NCBI GenBank assembly: GCA_965204735.1
Contig: OZ242008.1
Location: 2,272,001-2,336,000 of the forward strand
Length of the DNA stretch: 64,000 bases
Direction of reading: 5' to 3'
From: Longimicrobiales bacterium
Lineage (GTDB): Bacteria > Gemmatimonadota > Gemmatimonadetes > Longimicrobiales > Gaopeijiaceae
Shown here: positions 27,364-36,798 of the stretch, piece by piece
Position numbering within the stretch: position 1 is the first letter of the stretch
Layout: each line of letters begins with the position of its first letter
Position numbers and translations under genes: made by a program
The notes under the pieces: model-generated
The model's database searches: none
Told to the model about the DNA's origin: nothing
The model's input: only the letters and a program-made list of their open reading frames with translations

Positions 27364-27639
27364 ATGCCCTTCGCCACATGGGTCCGGATCGCCTGGGCCT
27401 ACCACCTCGCCTTCGCCGCGGCCGTCACGTGGCCGGGCCAGACGCTTGTGAACGTCCCGTCGCCCTTCGTGCTCGGGATGCCGCGCCAGATGGCGTGGGT
27501 GGCGGCTTGGCTGGTCGGCAGCCTCCTCGTGCTGTGGCGCATGGAGGCGGCGCGCAGGCGGAGCCGCGGCGAGGCGCCGGCGGGCTCGGCGCACACTCCG
27601 CCCGAGGAATCGGTCAGGCGCGAGCCCTCTGGTGAGTAG
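27364..27639 (+). CDS. Small membrane protein (DUF3311-like partner of a sodium:solute symporter)
   Basis: It has two hydrophobic segments with a WP...N...PFVLGMP...W...W pattern and overlaps the start of the symporter gene. Confidence 0.65.
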   Translation: MPFATWVRIAWAYHLAFAAAVTWPGQTLVNVPSPFVLGMPRQMAWVAAWLVGSLLVLWRMEAARRRSRGEAPAGSAHTPPEESVRREPSGE

Positions 27640-29092
27640 GGTCGCGCTCGTCGCCGTCGTCATCGTCGGCTACTTGGCGACGACGCTGGCGGTCGGTCTC
27701 TTGGCGGGCCGCCGGGCGTCCAAGAGCGTCCAGGGCTACGTGGCCGGCGACAGGAACTTCGGCCTGCTGGTCATGTACTTCGTCACCGGGGCGTCGGTCT
27801 TCTCCGCCTTCGCCTTCCTGGGCGGACCCGGCTGGGCGTACTCCCGGGGCGCGGCCGCCTTCTACATCCTTTCCTACGGCGTGCTGGGCATGGCCCCGTG
27901 GTACGCGATCGGACCCAAGGCCGCCGCCCTGGGCCGCCGCTTCGGCTTCGTGACCCAGGCCCAGCTGCTGGTAGGGCGCTTCCCGTCCCGAGGCCTGTCG
28001 ACGCTGATGGCGGCGCTGACGCTGGTTTCGTTCGTGCCCTACGTCGCCATCCAGATGAGGGGCGCTGGGATCGTCGTGGAGGCCGTGACCGACGGGGCCG
28101 TTCCCTTGGCCGCAGGGGCGGCGGTCGCCTACGGGATCGTGATGGTCTACGTCCTGGCGAGCGGCGTGTCGGCTGTGGGATGGACCAACACCTTCCAAGG
28201 CGTCTTCATGCTGACGATCGCATGGGTGCTGGGGATCTACTTGCCCTACCGGCTCTACGGTGGCGTCGGTCCGATGTTCGAGGAGATCCTCGCCGCCCGT
28301 CCCGAGCTGCTGACCGTGCCCGGGCTGGACGGGGACGGTAACGCATGGAGCTGGGGATCGTACTCTTCGGCAATCCTCGTCAGCGCCATCGGCTTCACAA
28401 TGCTTCCCCACCTCTTCATGAAGGCGTTCACCGCAAGGGACGACGACACGATCCGCCGCACGGTCGTGCTCTTCCCCACGTTCCAGCTCTTCCTGATCCC
28501 GGTCTTCCTGATCGGGTTCGCAGGCGTGCTCTTCCCCGAGTCGCCGGAGCGCTCCGACTTCATCCTCCCCTTCTTGATCCTGCGCACCGACCTGCCGGCG
28601 CTGGTGGTGGGACTCTTCTGCGCGGGCGCGCTCTCGGCCTCCATGTCCACCGGCGACGCCCTCCTCCACGCGGGAGCCTCCGTGGTGGTGGAGGACGGCG
28701 TACAGCCTTTCCGCCGGCTCTCGGACAAGGCCCAGCGAAACCTCATTCGCGCACTCGTGGTGGCCGTGGGGGCGGTTGCCTACTGGCTGGCGCTTTCGGA
28801 CTCGTCGTCTCTGGTCGACCTGCTGCTGGCGTCCTACGGGATCATCTGCCAGTTCATGCCAGCCGTGCTGGCGGCGCTGTACTGGCGCCGCGCGACGACC
28901 GCCGGCGTGGTCTCCGGGCTGGTGGCCGGCTCCGCGGTGGCCGCGCTCTTCTTGCTGATGCCCGAGTGGAAGCCGCTGGGCGTTCACGAAGGCATCCTGG
29001 GACTGCTCGTCCACGTCCCGGTGCTGGTGGGCGCGAGCTTGGCCGGGAAGCCCCAGGACCCGGAGCACGCGAGCAGCTACGTGGATGCGTGA
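27632..29092 (+). CDS. Sodium:solute symporter (SSS family)
   Basis: This 486-aa polytopic membrane protein carries the motifs YVAGDRNFG, FSAFAFLGGPGWAY, WTNTFQG and GALSASMSTGDALL. Confidence 0.9.
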   Translation: MSRVALVAVVIVGYLATTLAVGLLAGRRASKSVQGYVAGDRNFGLLVMYFVTGASVFSAFAFLGGPGWAYSRGAAAFYILSYGVLGMAPWYAIGPKAAALGRRFGFVTQAQLLVGRFPSRGLSTLMAALTLVSFVPYVAIQMRGAGIVVEAVTDGAVPLAAGAAVAYGIVMVYVLASGVSAVGWTNTFQGVFMLTIAWVLGIYLPYRLYGGVGPMFEEILAARPELLTVPGLDGDGNAWSWGSYSSAILVSAIGFTMLPHLFMKAFTARDDDTIRRTVVLFPTFQLFLIPVFLIGFAGVLFPESPERSDFILPFLILRTDLPALVVGLFCAGALSASMSTGDALLHAGASVVVEDGVQPFRRLSDKAQRNLIRALVVAVGAVAYWLALSDSSSLVDLLLASYGIICQFMPAVLAALYWRRATTAGVVSGLVAGSAVAALFLLMPEWKPLGVHEGILGLLVHVPVLVGASLAGKPQDPEHASSYVDA

Positions 29093-29490
29093 CTGCGAAG
29101 CCGATGCATGACCCGAAGAGTGCGCGGGACCCGAAGTCGGCGCCGGGCATCGACGCGACCGCCCGCCGGCCGCCGCCGGAGCTGGCGCGCCTTCGCCGGG
29201 AGATTCTGGAGTGCGACCGCGAGCTCGTCACGGTGATCGCCCGCCGGCGCGATCTGGTGCAGCGGGTCGGCAAGCTGAAGCGGCGGCTCGGGCTGCCGGT
29301 GACGGACCCGGCCCGAGAGGCCGCCGTCGCCCGTCACGCCGCCGAGGCGGCTCGCGCCGAGGGAATCGACGACGAAATGGTGCGCGAGCTCGTGTGGAAG
29401 GTCATGGCCTCGGCCCGAGACGAGCAGTCGAAGCCGAGTTCCCCGCCCAACGCCGACGGTTCCAACGCCGACGACCGGCCGCCCCCCTAA
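29089..29490 (+). CDS. Chorismate mutase (AroQ / CM_2 type, monofunctional)
   Basis: LARLRREILECDRELVTVIARRRDLVQRVGKLKRRLGLPVTDPAREAAV matches the AroQ signature. The GTG start overlaps the symporter stop (GTGA). An ATG at 29104 is an alternative start. Confidence 0.8.
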   Translation: MTAKPMHDPKSARDPKSAPGIDATARRPPPELARLRREILECDRELVTVIARRRDLVQRVGKLKRRLGLPVTDPAREAAVARHAAEAARAEGIDDEMVRELVWKVMASARDEQSKPSSPPNADGSNADDRPPP

Positions 29491-29813
29491 CGCTCGTCGA
29501 GCTTGGCGCCCAAGACCTTGACCGCCGCCTTCGTCTCCGCCAGCGCGGCGGACAGCTCTCGATGGTTCTCGTCGACCCGCCTCTCCAGACTATCGATCCG
29601 GGCACCGAGCCGCTTCTCGCCCTCTCCCTGCCGCCTCTCGGCGCGCTGGTCCACCTGGGCGATCTGTTCGGCGAGCCGCTTTTCGCCCTCCGCTCGTCGC
29701 CTTTCGGCCTGCTCGAAGTCTTTTCGACGATCGGCCTTGGCCGCAAAGTGCAACGCGAATGCGGACAGCACGACCGTCGCAATCGTCCAGAAATTGCCTG
29801 GGAGGGTCTCCAT
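29487..29813 (-). CDS. Hypothetical protein with an N-terminal TM helix and a coiled coil
   Basis: The 108-aa ORF has a hydrophobic stretch (FWTIATVVLSAFALHFAA) followed by a charged helical region with a duplicated AERRxxEGEKRL. A purine-rich AGGAAAGGAG lies just upstream of the ATG. Confidence 0.65.
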   Translation of the reverse strand: METLPGNFWTIATVVLSAFALHFAAKADRRKDFEQAERRRAEGEKRLAEQIAQVDQRAERRQGEGEKRLGARIDSLERRVDENHRELSAALAETKAAVKVLGAKLDER

Positions 29814-29873
29814 CTGGGCTCCTTTCCTGTCCTGCCGGATTACGACCTCGGATTCGGGACGGGCCGCCCTTCC

Positions 29874-30137
29874 CTACGCCGGACCAGGAGGGGCGTAGAC
29901 CGACACCACCCGCCGTCGGCGGAGGTTCTCGAACTTCACTACGCCGTCGGCCTTGGCGAAGAGCGTGTCGTCCCTGCCCCGGCCCACGTTGACGCCGGGA
30001 TGAAACTTGGTGCCCCGCTGGCGGATCAGGATGCTGCCCGCCCGCACGCGCTGTCCCGCGAAGCGCTTGACGCCCAGCCGCTTCGGATTGCTGTCCCGAC
30101 CGTTGCGGGACGACCCCACGCCTTTCTTGTGCGCCAC
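29874..30137 (-). CDS. rpmA: 50S ribosomal protein L27
   Basis: [26 protein letters not shown]...[11 protein letters not shown] matches the L27 signature. Confidence 0.98.
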   Translation of the reverse strand: MAHKKGVGSSRNGRDSNPKRLGVKRFAGQRVRAGSILIRQRGTKFHPGVNVGRGRDDTLFAKADGVVKFENLRRRRVVSVYAPPGPA

Positions 30138-30152
30138 CTTCAGCCTCCCTGG

Positions 30153-30464
30153 CTAGACGACGATCTCGCCGATGCGGACGACCGTGAACCCCTGCCGGTG
30201 CCCCTGCTTCCGCCGGTACTTCTTCCGCCGCTTCCGCTTGAAGACGACGATCTTCTTGGTGCGGTCGTGAGCCACCACCTCCGCCTTCACCTGCGCCCCC
30301 TCCACGGTGGGCGCGCCCACGGCGATGCGGTCGCCCTCGGACGCCAGCAGCACGTCGTCGAAAGTCACCGTGCTGCCCGGCTCGGCGGCCAACGTGGGCA
30401 CGAGGAGCGTGGCCCCCGGCTCCGCCCGAAACTGCTTCCCCCCGGTCCTGAATACCGCAAACAT
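30153..30464 (-). CDS. rplU: 50S ribosomal protein L21
   Basis: [13 protein letters not shown]...[16 protein letters not shown] matches L21, and the gene is adjacent to rpmA. Confidence 0.98.
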   Translation of the reverse strand: MFAVFRTGGKQFRAEPGATLLVPTLAAEPGSTVTFDDVLLASEGDRIAVGAPTVEGAQVKAEVVAHDRTKKIVVFKRKRRKKYRRKQGHRQGFTVVRIGEIVV

Positions 30465-30568
30465 GAGCGTTCCCTGCGCGTCTGGAGTCGATCCTGCCGC
30501 CCGCCGAGGACGTCCGACGTTCCCGCGGGCTGCAATCCGCGAGAGCGTGAGATGGAACGCCCGCCTTC

Positions 30569-30596
30569 AAGCTACCAAAGGCGGGGCCGAGGTCAA
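30569..30596 (-). promoter_or_regulatory. Possible sigma70-type promoter for rplU-rpmA
   Basis: The minus strand reads TTGACC-16 nt-TAGCTT about 105 nt upstream of rplU. The -10 element sits inside a CCCGCCTT...AAGGCGGG inverted repeat. Confidence 0.35.
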
Positions 30597-30671
30597 CCTT
30601 GCGGGGCCCCAGACCGGATCTCAGCTTTCCGCGCACGACACTTCCCGCAACCACGACGAGGCAAGGCTTCG

Positions 30672-31907
30672 GTGAACGCATTCGACACGGCCCGGGCTCG
30701 CGTACGGGCAGCCACCATCGCCGTCCTCGCCGTCGCGCTCCTCGGCGGCTGCGAAAGTTCCTCTTCCGGCGACGGGGCGATCGTTCGCGACACCTTGCCG
30801 TCGGGCGTCGAGCGCGTCGTCAGCACGCCCCCTGCGACACCCGGATGGACCTTGGTCGAGGAGATGCGGATCGGCACGGCCGGCGGCGAAGGAGCCGAGT
30901 CGTTCGCCAGGCTCAAGGGCTTGGCGGTCCTGGACGACGGACGGGTCGCCGTGCTGGAGTCCCTGGCCGGGGAAGTCCGCGTGTTCGGCTCGGACGGCGC
31001 CTACTTGGCAACCCACGGTCGGGCCGGCGAGGGACCCGGCGAGTTCCAGGACGCCAACGGGCTGATGCTGGCGCCGGACGGCCGCCTATGGGTGGCCGAC
31101 GAACGCGCCGGGCGCATCTCCGTCTTCGACGCGGAGAACGGGTTCGTCGATTCGTTCCGCTTCGAAACTTCCGCGTTCCACTGGCTTTGGCGCGGCCGGA
31201 TGGCGTCCGACGGGCGCGTCTTCTACCCCGCCGAGGAAGGCGAGAGCTCTCGTTGGCGCAACGTCCTCCGCGTCTACGACCAGACGATGACCGAAGCGAC
31301 GTCGCTGCCGATGCCGGGCAGCGTCGACTTCAGCGATCCATTGGACCAGCCTTCGGCGTTCTGCTGGTCGTTCTCCGGCGGCATGGGGTGCAGGGGCGTG
31401 CCGTGGTATGCCGGCGAAGTCGTGCACATCGACCCGTCGGGCGACGTCTGGTCCACCACCGGCGGCAGCCCCGCCTATCGGATCGCCAAGTGGACCCCCG
31501 GCGGCGACACCGCGTTCGCGGCTGTGGTGGAGCGGGCGCCGGTCCCGGTCTCTCCGGCGGAGCGGGACTCGGCGGAGGCCGTGATCCGCGAAGGAGCGCC
31601 GGACGGCGTGGATTTCGATCTGTCCCGGATCCCCGACGTCAAGCCGCTGGTGCTGGACGTCTTCACCTCCGCCGAAGGGTACGCATGGGTCCGCACCCCC
31701 CTGCCCGACGTCGAGACGGCGTTCGACGTGCTCGCGCCGGACGGCGGCCTGACGCGCACGGTGACCTGGGGAACGCGCTTGTCGGCGGACGTCGAGCCGG
31801 TGGTGCGGGGCAGTTTCCTGTGGGCGGTGGTGGTGGACGAGCTGGGCGTGCAGTTCGTGGTCAGGGCTCGGGTCTCGCCGGCGACGGGAAGCGACGCCGC
31901 AGGATAA
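30672..31907 (+). CDS. Lipoprotein with a 6-bladed beta-propeller (NHL-like) fold
   Basis: A GTG start is followed by a signal peptide with a lipobox (IAVLAVALLGG|C). NHL-like motifs VRVFGSDGAYLATHGRAGEGPGEF and DGRLWVAD are present. This is the 3' part of track ORF 29211..31907. Confidence 0.75.
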   Translation: MNAFDTARARVRAATIAVLAVALLGGCESSSSGDGAIVRDTLPSGVERVVSTPPATPGWTLVEEMRIGTAGGEGAESFARLKGLAVLDDGRVAVLESLAGEVRVFGSDGAYLATHGRAGEGPGEFQDANGLMLAPDGRLWVADERAGRISVFDAENGFVDSFRFETSAFHWLWRGRMASDGRVFYPAEEGESSRWRNVLRVYDQTMTEATSLPMPGSVDFSDPLDQPSAFCWSFSGGMGCRGVPWYAGEVVHIDPSGDVWSTTGGSPAYRIAKWTPGGDTAFAAVVERAPVPVSPAERDSAEAVIREGAPDGVDFDLSRIPDVKPLVLDVFTSAEGYAWVRTPLPDVETAFDVLAPDGGLTRTVTWGTRLSADVEPVVRGSFLWAVVVDELGVQFVVRARVSPATGSDAAG

Positions 31908-31958
31908 GGAAGCCGGCGCAGCCGGAAGACGACGGCGCCCGCCGCAGGACGCCGGACC

Positions 31959-33509
31959 CTACGCCGTTCGGTACTTCTCCGTCACGTCCACTTGGGCCTT
32001 CCCCGACAGGATGCGGAACTCGTCGTGGCGCAGCAGGGGGTCGTCCCGGAGGTCCAGCCGCAGCCGGGTGCGGCGCGCCAAGTTGCGCACGAAGCGCGGC
32101 TCGAACTCCATGACCTGAAGGGCCACTTGAGGGTGGACCCGGACGAGCAGCTGCTTCTCGCCGCCCAGGGCCGCGGCGCGACGGACGCAGCGCTCGATCT
32201 CGCGGACCAGGGTGGGGGCGGTCCAGACCCGGCCCGTGCCGCCGCACGCCGCGCAGGGCTCGGTGAGGGAGTGGAGGAGGGACGGACGCACCCGCTGCCG
32301 CGTCATCTCGATCAGCCCCAGCTCGGAGACTTCCCACGTCCGGGTGCGGGCTCGGTCCCGCCCCAGGCGGCTGCGGAGCTCGTGGAGCACGCGGTGACGG
32401 CTCTCCGGCCGCTCCATGTCGATGAAGTCGATGACGACGATGCCCCCCACGTCCCGCAGCCGCAGCTGGTTCGCGATCTCCCGGGCCGCGTCCAGGTTGG
32501 TCTCGAGGATCGTGTCCTCCGGGTCCTTCCTCTTGCCGGTGAAGCGTCCCGTGTTCACGTCCACCGAGACCAGCGCCTCGGTCTGCTCGATGATCACGTG
32601 GCCTCCGGACGTCAGATCGACCCGGCGGCGGAAGGCGCGCTGAATCTCTTCTTCGATGCCGGCGTGGTCGAAGAGGGGCCGCTTGCCGTCGTAGAAGTGG
32701 ACGCGGTCCGCCAACTCCGGATCGAAGGTCTTGACGTACTCGAGGACCTGCTGGTGGAGCCGCCGGTTGTCCAGCGTCACGGCGTCGAACTTGTCGGTGA
32801 ACAAGTCCCGGACCACTCCCGACACCAGCTTCGCGTCCTCGTGCACCAAAGCGGGCGCCTGGGTCCTTTCGGCGCTCCGCTTCACGGCCTCCCAGAGGCG
32901 GCGAAGCTCCCTGTGCTCGCGCTCCAGCTTCTCCTGCGTGAGCTCCTCGCCGGCGGTGCGCACGATCACGCCGCCCGGACCCTCGCCGACCACCGCCCGG
33001 GCCATCTCCCGAAGGCGCGCCCGTTCGCCCCGGTCGCCGATCTTGCGGCTCACGCCCACGTTGCCGGCGTGGGGCAGGTACACGAGAAACCGTCCCGGAA
33101 GGGATATCTGGGTCGTGACCCGAGGGCCCTTGGTGGAGATCGACTCCTTGGTGACCTGCACCAGCAGGGACTGGTCCCTCTTCAGCACGTCCTGGATCGG
33201 CCGGCCCTTGCGGCCTCCGCGCTCGCGCCGGGGTTCGGGTCCGCCTTCCCGCCCCCGGGCGCTCCGCTCCCTGCCCTGGTCCCCGTCGTCCACGTCCGAG
33301 GCGTGGAGGAACGCCGCCTTCTCCTCGCCGATGTCCACGAAGGCGGCCTGGATGCCGGGCAGGACCGCGTCCACCCGGCCCAGGAAGACGTCGCCCACCA
33401 TGCGGCCCCGGCCGGGCCGGTCGAACATGAGCTCGGCGAGCCTGCCGTCTTCCTTCAGCGCGACCCAGGACTCCTGTTCGGAGGCGCTGACGAGGATCTC
33501 CCGCGTCAA
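31959..33509 (-). CDS. rng: Rne/Rng family ribonuclease (RNase G-like)
   Basis: It has an S1 region (VLPGIQAAFVDIG) and the motifs IEQTEALVSVDVNTG, LRLRDVGGIVVIDFIDM and LGLIEMTRQR. Confidence 0.93.
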   Translation of the reverse strand: MTREILVSASEQESWVALKEDGRLAELMFDRPGRGRMVGDVFLGRVDAVLPGIQAAFVDIGEEKAAFLHASDVDDGDQGRERSARGREGGPEPRRERGGRKGRPIQDVLKRDQSLLVQVTKESISTKGPRVTTQISLPGRFLVYLPHAGNVGVSRKIGDRGERARLREMARAVVGEGPGGVIVRTAGEELTQEKLEREHRELRRLWEAVKRSAERTQAPALVHEDAKLVSGVVRDLFTDKFDAVTLDNRRLHQQVLEYVKTFDPELADRVHFYDGKRPLFDHAGIEEEIQRAFRRRVDLTSGGHVIIEQTEALVSVDVNTGRFTGKRKDPEDTILETNLDAAREIANQLRLRDVGGIVVIDFIDMERPESRHRVLHELRSRLGRDRARTRTWEVSELGLIEMTRQRVRPSLLHSLTEPCAACGGTGRVWTAPTLVREIERCVRRAAALGGEKQLLVRVHPQVALQVMEFEPRFVRNLARRTRLRLDLRDDPLLRHDEFRILSGKAQVDVTEKYRTA

Positions 33510-33564
33510 CGAACCTCTTCCGCGGCGTCCCGCCGTGCCGGAGGCGCCGATCGCGCGCGGGCGC

Positions 33565-34776
33565 TCACGAGCCCAGCTCCTTCAGCAGGTGACGGCCGAT
33601 CACGATCTTCTGGATCTCGCTCGTTCCCTCCCCGATCTCGCAGGCCTTGGCGTCGCGAAGGATCCGTTCGACCGGATGCTCGCTCGTGTAGCCCGCGGCC
33701 CCCATGCACTGGACCGCGCTCCGCGCCGCCTTCGTGGCGAGCTCCGAAGCCAGGAGCTTGGACATTGCCGCCTCCTTGGCGAAGGGCCGTCCCGCGTCCT
33801 TCAGCCACGCCGCGTGGTAGGCCAGGCGCCGAGCGGCCTCGACCTCCGCCGCCAGCGCGGCCAGGGGGAAGCGCACGTCCTGGAACTCCCAGACGGGCCG
33901 ACCGAACTGGCGGCGACGGGCCGCGTACGCCACCGCGGCGTCCAGGGCGCCCTGGGCCAGCCCCAGCGACAGAGCGGCGATGGCGATCCGCCCCGCGTCG
34001 AGCGTCTTCATGAAGTTGGCGAACCCCTGCCCCTCCTCGCCGACGCGCTGGTCCTCGCTCACCCAGACGTCCTCCATGTGGAGCTCCCGGGTGTCGGAGG
34101 CGCGCCAGCCCAGCTTGTCTTCCTTCTCGCCCGCGCTCACGCCCTTGGCGTAGGGAAGATCGGGGCGGTGGCCCACGCCGGTTCGCCGGGCCTCCTCCAG
34201 GTCCACGGTGGGCTTGCACAGCACGAAGTTGGTGATTCCCTGGTGGCCCTTGGCCGGGTCCGTCACCGCCGTCACGGTGAAGACCTCGCCGACGCCGGCG
34301 TGGGTGATGAATATCTTGCTTCCGGTGATCGCGTAGCCGCCTTCGCGACGGACGGCGCGGGTGCGGGCGCCCGACGAGTCGGAGCCGGCGCCGGGCTCGG
34401 TGAGTCCGAAGCCGCCCAGCACTTGTCCGGTGGCCAGCAGGGGGACGAAGCGGGCCTTCTGCTCTTCGGTGCCGAAGGTCAGGATCGGCATGGTGCCCAG
34501 GGTGGTGTGGGCCGAGACGGTGATCGCGTGGCTGGCGTCGTGCCTGGCCAGCTCCTCGACCAGCAGGACGCAGCTGAGGTAGTCGCGGCCCATCCCGCCG
34601 AAGCGCTTCGGAACGGGAACGCCGAGCCAACCCCGTTCGCCCATCGCCTTGACGTTGTCCCAGGGGAAGCGGGCGGTCTCGTCCAGCTCCCGGGCCACGG
34701 GGGCGACCGACTCCCGCGCAAAGTCCCGAACCTGGGCTTGGAGGTCGCGGTGGTCCGGGTCCAGGTAGGGGTCCAT
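33565..34776 (-). CDS. Acyl-CoA dehydrogenase
   Basis: It starts MDPYLDPDH and contains [35 protein letters not shown] and [16 protein letters not shown]. This is the 3' part of track ORF 33565..36576. Confidence 0.93.
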   Translation of the reverse strand: MDPYLDPDHRDLQAQVRDFARESVAPVARELDETARFPWDNVKAMGERGWLGVPVPKRFGGMGRDYLSCVLLVEELARHDASHAITVSAHTTLGTMPILTFGTEEQKARFVPLLATGQVLGGFGLTEPGAGSDSSGARTRAVRREGGYAITGSKIFITHAGVGEVFTVTAVTDPAKGHQGITNFVLCKPTVDLEEARRTGVGHRPDLPYAKGVSAGEKEDKLGWRASDTRELHMEDVWVSEDQRVGEEGQGFANFMKTLDAGRIAIAALSLGLAQGALDAAVAYAARRRQFGRPVWEFQDVRFPLAALAAEVEAARRLAYHAAWLKDAGRPFAKEAAMSKLLASELATKAARSAVQCMGAAGYTSEHPVERILRDAKACEIGEGTSEIQKIVIGRHLLKELGS

Positions 34777-34814
34777 GGGCGGGCGACGGGCGGTCTGCGA
34801 CAAGGGGGCTCGGG

Positions 34815-36539
34815 CTACGGGGGCGCCGGGACCAAGCCGCGGCGTTCGCACAGGTCGCACGATCCGCAACGGCGCCGGGCGGGCGTTTCTCCAAGATAAC
34901 GCAGAAGCGAGGCGCGTCGGCACCCCAGGCGCCCGCAGTACTTGCGCATGGCGCGGAGGCGTTCCAGCGACTGGGCGCGAGCCGCCGAGAGAGAGGTCAG
35001 GTCGGGGGAAGCGCCGGTGACGACGGCGGCGGGACCCGGTTCGGCGGGAGGTCCGGCGGCCTCCCCGTCCGGCCAGCTCTCGACCCACTCGGCAAGCGCC
35101 GGGGCCAGCCGGAGGGCGCCGGAGCGGGCAAGCCACTTGACGTGGGGCACGTTGGCGCCGCCGGGGCCGGCAAGGTCGCGGGGGCCGAGGTCGGGGACGC
35201 GGGCGGCGGGGCCGGAGACCGAGGCGGCGAAGGCGGGGACGCCTTCCCGCGCGGTCCTGCCGGCGCGCCGGGCGGCCGACTTGACCTTGCGCAGGAGGTC
35301 CAGGACTTCCCGCTCCGGCGGGAACGAGCGGTCCAGGAAGGACTCGGGCACCCGCCAGTCGCTCCTTGCGACGAACCCCACGGCGATCGAGGGAGCGCCG
35401 TCGCGTCCTGCCCGCCCCGCTTCCTGATAGTAGCTCTCGAGCGAGCCGGGGAAGGCGTAGTGGAACACGGCGCAGACGTCGCCTCGGTCGATGCCCATCC
35501 CGAAGGCGCAGGTGGCCACGACCACGTTGGACTCGCCGGACATGAAGCGACGCTGGACGGCCTGCCGCTCTTCCCCTGGAAGGGCTGCGTGGTAGGCGTC
35601 TCCGACGACCCCGAGCCCGGCCAGCGCCCGACGCACGGCGACCACCTGCCGGCGGGTGGGAGCGTAGACGATCACCGCTCTTCCCCTCGAGTCGGGAGGC
35701 AGCCCGCGAACCGCCCGGACGATTGCGCGGACCCTCTCGGCGCCGGGGGCGCGCCGATCGACCAGCCAGCGGATGTTGGGGCGGTCGAAGGAGGTGACGA
35801 CGCGGAGGGGCTCCTTCATTCCAGCCACGCGCACGATGTCGTCGCGGACGGCGGGGGTGGCGGTGGCGGTCACGGCGAGCACGGGGGCGGGCGCGACGGC
35901 ACGCAGGGCCCGGACTCGGCGGAACGCCGGACGAAACTCGTGACCCCACTCGGAGATGCAGTGGGCCTCGTCGATGGTGATCAGCGAGACGCGGGCCCGG
36001 CCCAGCAGGGCTCGGAGCCTGGCCGCCTCGAGTCGCTCCGGGGAGCAGAAGAGGAGGTCGAGGCGGTTCTCCAGGACCGCCTTCTCGGCGCGGCGCTGAT
36101 CGGGCTCGGGGTCCTGGGAGGTGAGGGACGCGGCTCGGAGGCCGAGGCGACGGGCGCGGTCGACTTGGTCCTGCATCAGGGAGATGAGGGGACTGATCAC
36201 CACGACCACGCCGTCCAGGACGAAGGCGGGCAGCTGGAAGCAGAGCGTCTTTCCGCCGCCGGTGGGAAGGACGCCGAGGGCGTCGCGGCCCGACAGCACG
36301 GCGCACACCAGGCGCTCCTGGCCGGGACGAAAGCCGTCGAAGCCGAAGCGTCTGCGCAGCACGGCGCGGGCCCGCGCCTGCACCGACCCGCTGCCCGCCC
36401 CCGGAGCTTCCTCGCCGGCCGGCACCGGCTCCCTGCCCGCCCCCAGAGCTTCCATGCCCGCCTGCACCGGCTCCCTGCCCGCCCGCCGAGCTTCCTCGCC
36501 CGCCTGCACCGACTCCCTGCCCGCCCCCAGCGTTTCCAT
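34815..36539 (-). CDS. RecQ family ATP-dependent DNA helicase (no HRDC domain evident)
   Basis: It contains FRPGQ, LPTGGGKTLCFQLPA, IDEAHCISEWGHEFRP, TATAT, AFGMGID, YYQEAGRAGRDG and a C-terminal Zn motif (CRR...CGSCDLC). The start codon is uncertain. Confidence 0.9.
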   Translation of the reverse strand: METLGAGRESVQAGEEARRAGREPVQAGMEALGAGREPVPAGEEAPGAGSGSVQARARAVLRRRFGFDGFRPGQERLVCAVLSGRDALGVLPTGGGKTLCFQLPAFVLDGVVVVISPLISLMQDQVDRARRLGLRAASLTSQDPEPDQRRAEKAVLENRLDLLFCSPERLEAARLRALLGRARVSLITIDEAHCISEWGHEFRPAFRRVRALRAVAPAPVLAVTATATPAVRDDIVRVAGMKEPLRVVTSFDRPNIRWLVDRRAPGAERVRAIVRAVRGLPPDSRGRAVIVYAPTRRQVVAVRRALAGLGVVGDAYHAALPGEERQAVQRRFMSGESNVVVATCAFGMGIDRGDVCAVFHYAFPGSLESYYQEAGRAGRDGAPSIAVGFVARSDWRVPESFLDRSFPPEREVLDLLRKVKSAARRAGRTAREGVPAFAASVSGPAARVPDLGPRDLAGPGGANVPHVKWLARSGALRLAPALAEWVESWPDGEAAGPPAEPGPAAVVTGASPDLTSLSAARAQSLERLRAMRKYCGRLGCRRASLLRYLGETPARRRCGSCDLCERRGLVPAPP

Positions 36540-36542
36540 GCC
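36375..36542. repeat. Four tandem 42-bp repeats at the 5' end of the RecQ gene
   Basis: The unit is approximately cgcctgcaccgRctccctgcccgcccccagagcttcc(tc/at)gcc, in four copies, encoding (M/E)ExxxAGRExVQAG. Confidence 0.9.
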
Positions 36543-36598
36543 CACCAATAAGGGGCATCGCGCGGGACTCGGACATGGCGGAATGGGCGGGGGCGCGT

Positions 36599-36793
36599 CT
36601 ACTCCCCGGTGCGACCAGGCAGGAAGCGGAGAACGAGTCCGATTCCGAGGACGGCGACCCCCGCCCAGACGAGCCATCCGATCCCGATTCCCATCCCGGC
36701 GAGGGCGAGGGCCGCGCCTGCGCCGAAGAGGCGCACCTTCCAGTGGACGTGCGGGTCGTCCTTGCCCGAGCGGCTTCGCGACGGCCGGAACAC
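36599..36793 (-). CDS. Small hypothetical membrane protein
   Basis: About 64 aa with two hydrophobic helices (WKVRLFGAGAALALAGMGIGIGWLVWAGVAVLGIGLVLRF). It fills the gap directly after the crotonase stop. Confidence 0.55.
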   Translation of the reverse strand: MFRPSRSRSGKDDPHVHWKVRLFGAGAALALAGMGIGIGWLVWAGVAVLGIGLVLRFLPGRTGE

Positions 36794-36798
36794 GGCGC

